In this document: positions 61,829-64,000 of the stretch, piece by piece | Layout of the letters: every line of letters begins with the position of its first letter | How positions within the stretch are numbered: the first letter of the stretch is position 1 | Source: an uncultured Bifidobacteriaceae bacterium | GTDB taxonomy: Bacteria > Actinomycetota > Acidimicrobiia > IMCC26256 > PALSA-555 | DNA: 64,000 nt | Direction: 5' to 3' | Assembly (NCBI GenBank): GCA_964501785.1 | Contig: CAZCUD010000006.1 | Coordinates: forward strand, 158,084-222,083 | Notes under the pieces: model-generated | What the model saw: the letters and a program-made list of their open reading frames with translations, nothing else | Told to the model about the DNA's origin: nothing | Databases searched by the model: none | Program-made: the position numbers and the translations under genes

Positions 61829-63175
61829 GTGGCACGACTTCGCGCTCCGAAGAAGGTGGCGCTGCTCGCGGCCGCACTCGTGACGATCGCATCGATCGGG
61901 ACGACGGCGGTGGCGGGCGCGCAAGGTGGTGGCGGGGGCGGTGACTCGCTCGAAGCCACCGAAGTGGGCATCACTGCCGACGAGATCCGCATCGCGGTGA
62001 TCGCGGACGTCGAGAACCCGCTCCAGCCCGGCCTCTTCCAGGGTGCGCCGGACGCGATCAACGGGTTCGCCGAGTTCATCAACGACAACGGTGGGCTCGC
62101 GGGCCGCGAGCTCGTCGTCGACTTCCTCGACTCGCACCTGTCGGCGGACGACACGCGCAACGCGATCGTGGAGGCGTGCGAGAACAACTTCGCGATCGTC
62201 GGGACGGCTGCGCTGTTCCTCAACAACACCGACGACATGGTGAACTGCGCGAACTTGGAAGGGACCGCGGTCGGGATCCCCGACTTCCCGGTGGTGACGA
62301 CCGAGCCGGTGCACCAGTGCTCGCCGGTCTCGCACCCGATCAACCCGCCGACGCTCGACTGCGCCACGATCGACGACCACCCGCAGACCTACCGCGGGAA
62401 CATCGGGGCGACCGACTACTACCTGAGCCAGCACAAGGACCTGTCCGGCGTGTTCCTCTACCCGTCCGACCTCAAGTCGGCCAAGGACTCGCAGGTCCCG
62501 AACTTCACCGCTCAGGAGGAGTCGGGCATCAAGCTCGACGCCGAGTACGACGTCTCCGCGCGAGCGCAGCAGAGCGCGTACACGCCGATCGCCCAGCAGA
62601 TGAAGGCCGACGGCACGACCTACTGGCGCAGCGGGCTGGCGTTCAGCTCGACGATCACGATGCGCAAGGAGGCGACGCTCCAGGGCGTCACCGACGTCGA
62701 GGTCTGGGACTGCTCGCTCCAGTGCTACAACCGCCAGCTCATCGAGCAGGGTGGGAGCGACGTCGAGGACCAGTACGTGTACATGAACTTCGTCCCCTTC
62801 TTCACCGAGGCCAACGTCAACAAGATGACGAAGAGCTTCGTGAAGTACGTCGGCAAGGACAAGGTCGACGGCTTCAGCGCCCAGGCCTGGTCTGCGGGCG
62901 TGTACTTCCGGGATGCGGTGAACGCCATCGTCGAGGCAGACGGCAACAACGGGCTCACGCGTGAGGCGCTCCTCGAGGCCGCGAACAACATCAACGACTT
63001 CACCGCCGACGGGCTGATGGCGCCGACGGACGTGGGTGACCGCGTCCCCGGGGCCTGCTACGCCGTCACGCAGGTCCAGGACGGCGAGTTCAAGCGCGTG
63101 TACCCCAAGAAGAAGGGCACGTTCGACTGCAAGAGCAAGCTCGTCACGCTCGAGCTCGACTTGATCACGGGCTGA
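61829..63175 (+). CDS. ABC transporter substrate-binding protein, Liv/HAAT family, copy 2 (tandem paralog, also 448 aa)
   Basis: ORF track with GTG after AAGGGGGGG. It is collinear with copy 1 (GITADEIRIAVIADV...NDNGGLAGRELVVDFLDS). All 8 Cys positions are shared. Confidence 0.9.
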   Translation: MARLRAPKKVALLAAALVTIASIGTTAVAGAQGGGGGGDSLEATEVGITADEIRIAVIADVENPLQPGLFQGAPDAINGFAEFINDNGGLAGRELVVDFLDSHLSADDTRNAIVEACENNFAIVGTAALFLNNTDDMVNCANLEGTAVGIPDFPVVTTEPVHQCSPVSHPINPPTLDCATIDDHPQTYRGNIGATDYYLSQHKDLSGVFLYPSDLKSAKDSQVPNFTAQEESGIKLDAEYDVSARAQQSAYTPIAQQMKADGTTYWRSGLAFSSTITMRKEATLQGVTDVEVWDCSLQCYNRQLIEQGGSDVEDQYVYMNFVPFFTEANVNKMTKSFVKYVGKDKVDGFSAQAWSAGVYFRDAVNAIVEADGNNGLTREALLEAANNINDFTADGLMAPTDVGDRVPGACYAVTQVQDGEFKRVYPKKKGTFDCKSKLVTLELDLITG

Positions 63176-63246
63176 GCCGAGCGCCCGAGCGCCGACCCAC
63201 CGCAACCACGAACGACTGACCGACCGACGAGAAGGGGCATCCACAG

Positions 63247-64000
63247 GTGGCAACCGTGACGGAGCGGCTGCGGGGCCGGCAGCATCGTTCGACGTTGGTC
63301 GCGGCGCTCGTCGTCGCGATCTTCGTCGGGTTCATCGTGCAGGAGTCGTGGGCCGGTCGCGAGGTCACGACCGACTCGCTGCTCTTCTTCGTCATCGTCG
63401 GCATCACGCTCGGGTCGATCTACGCGGTCGCCGCCAGCGGCCTCGTGGTCACCTACACCACGTCGGGGATCTTCAACTTCGCCCAGGGCGCGATGGGGAT
63501 GTTCCTCGCCTTCGTGTACTGGGAGCTGAAGGTCAACGCCGGGATCCAGACGTTCGTCGCGCTGCTGTTGACCGTGCTGGTGGCCGCGCCGCTGATGGGT
63601 GCGTTCATCGAGCGGGTGTTCATGCGGAGGCTCACCACCGCGCCGCTCGTGTCGCAGCTCGTCGTGACCATCGGCCTGATGCTGTTCCTCATCGGCATCG
63701 CGGCGACGTTCTGGGACCCGGGCGAGACGCGGTCGGTCGGCACGTTCTTCGGCAGTGACGGATTCAACATCGGGGACACGTTCGTCCCGTGGTACCGGCT
63801 GATCACCGTCGTCGCCGGCCTGCTCCTGGCCCTCGGCATCCGCCTGCTCCTGTACCGGACGCGCCTCGGCGTCGCGATGCGGGCGGTCGTCGACAACCGG
63901 GAGCTCGCCGCGCTCAACGGCGCGCGACCGGGGCTCACGTCGCAGTTCTCGTGGGCGCTGGGGACCTCGATGGCGGCGCTCGCCGGCATCTTCCTCGCCG
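63247..64000 (+). CDS. Branched-chain-amino-acid-type (LivH-like) ABC transporter permease, 5' part (continues beyond window)
   Basis: Absent from the ORF track because there is no stop inside the window. Manual translation from GTG 63247 (after GAGAAGGGG) gives ...GITLGSIYAVAASGLVVTYTTSGIFNFAQGAMGMFLAF...RLGVAMRAVVDNRELAALNG, a typical LivH pattern. Confidence 0.85.
   Translation, partial: MATVTERLRGRQHRSTLVAALVVAIFVGFIVQESWAGREVTTDSLLFFVIVGITLGSIYAVAASGLVVTYTTSGIFNFAQGAMGMFLAFVYWELKVNAGIQTFVALLLTVLVAAPLMGAFIERVFMRRLTTAPLVSQLVVTIGLMLFLIGIAATFWDPGETRSVGTFFGSDGFNIGDTFVPWYRLITVVAGLLLALGIRLLLYRTRLGVAMRAVVDNRELAALNGARPGLTSQFSWALGTSMAALAGIFLA

Overview
High-GC (about 70% by eye) actinobacterial-type chromosomal segment, almost entirely coding. 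I call about 68 protein genes. There are many GTG/TTG starts, about 15 four-nucleotide NTGA start/stop overlaps, and several apparently leaderless divergent gene pairs. I saw no rRNA, tRNA, CRISPR array, transposase, integrase or prophage genes. All protein names come from motifs read in the translations, not from database searches.

Gene content is dominated by lipid/steroid/terpenoid-style catabolism:
- 2 cytochrome P450s plus a small ferredoxin
- 2 Rieske oxygenases, one of them KshA-like
- 4 LLM/F420-type oxidoreductases and a Ddn-like F420 enzyme
- 4 AMP-forming acyl-CoA ligases and 4 crotonase-fold proteins
- a thiolase, an Ltp-type thiolase with a DUF35 partner, and an acyl-CoA dehydrogenase
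- an AMACR-like and an atypical family-III CoA-transferase
- about 9 SDR/MDR dehydrogenases and 3 paralogous PaaI thioesterases

Also present are a Pat-like GNAT/acyl-CoA-synthetase, a P-type ATPase, an MFS exporter and a glycine-rich secreted protein. The window ends in a Liv/HAAT-type ABC importer with two tandem paralogous binding proteins.

Main hunt results:
1. A minus-strand operon (31368-35544) is headed by two unannotated desulforedoxin-like mini-proteins of 41 and 47 aa. It also contains a crotonase that looks like a permutation-by-duplication intermediate, an AMP-ligase, and a Tat-signal flavin amine oxidase whose sequence order is circularly permuted relative to the canonical family.
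2. A family-III CoA-transferase also shows a non-canonical segment order.
3. Four 14-bp boxes fit the mycobacterial KstR operator consensus TnnAACnnGTTnnA. They sit exactly at promoters of acyl-CoA ligase operons and of both ABC binding-protein genes.
4. A second recurrent palindrome, CTGACG-N3-CGTCAG, and a compact bidirectional leaderless promoter with a central palindrome are present.
5. Two CTGA start/stop overlaps imply CTG initiation.
6. A DUF222/HNH gene is interrupted by an in-frame TGA.
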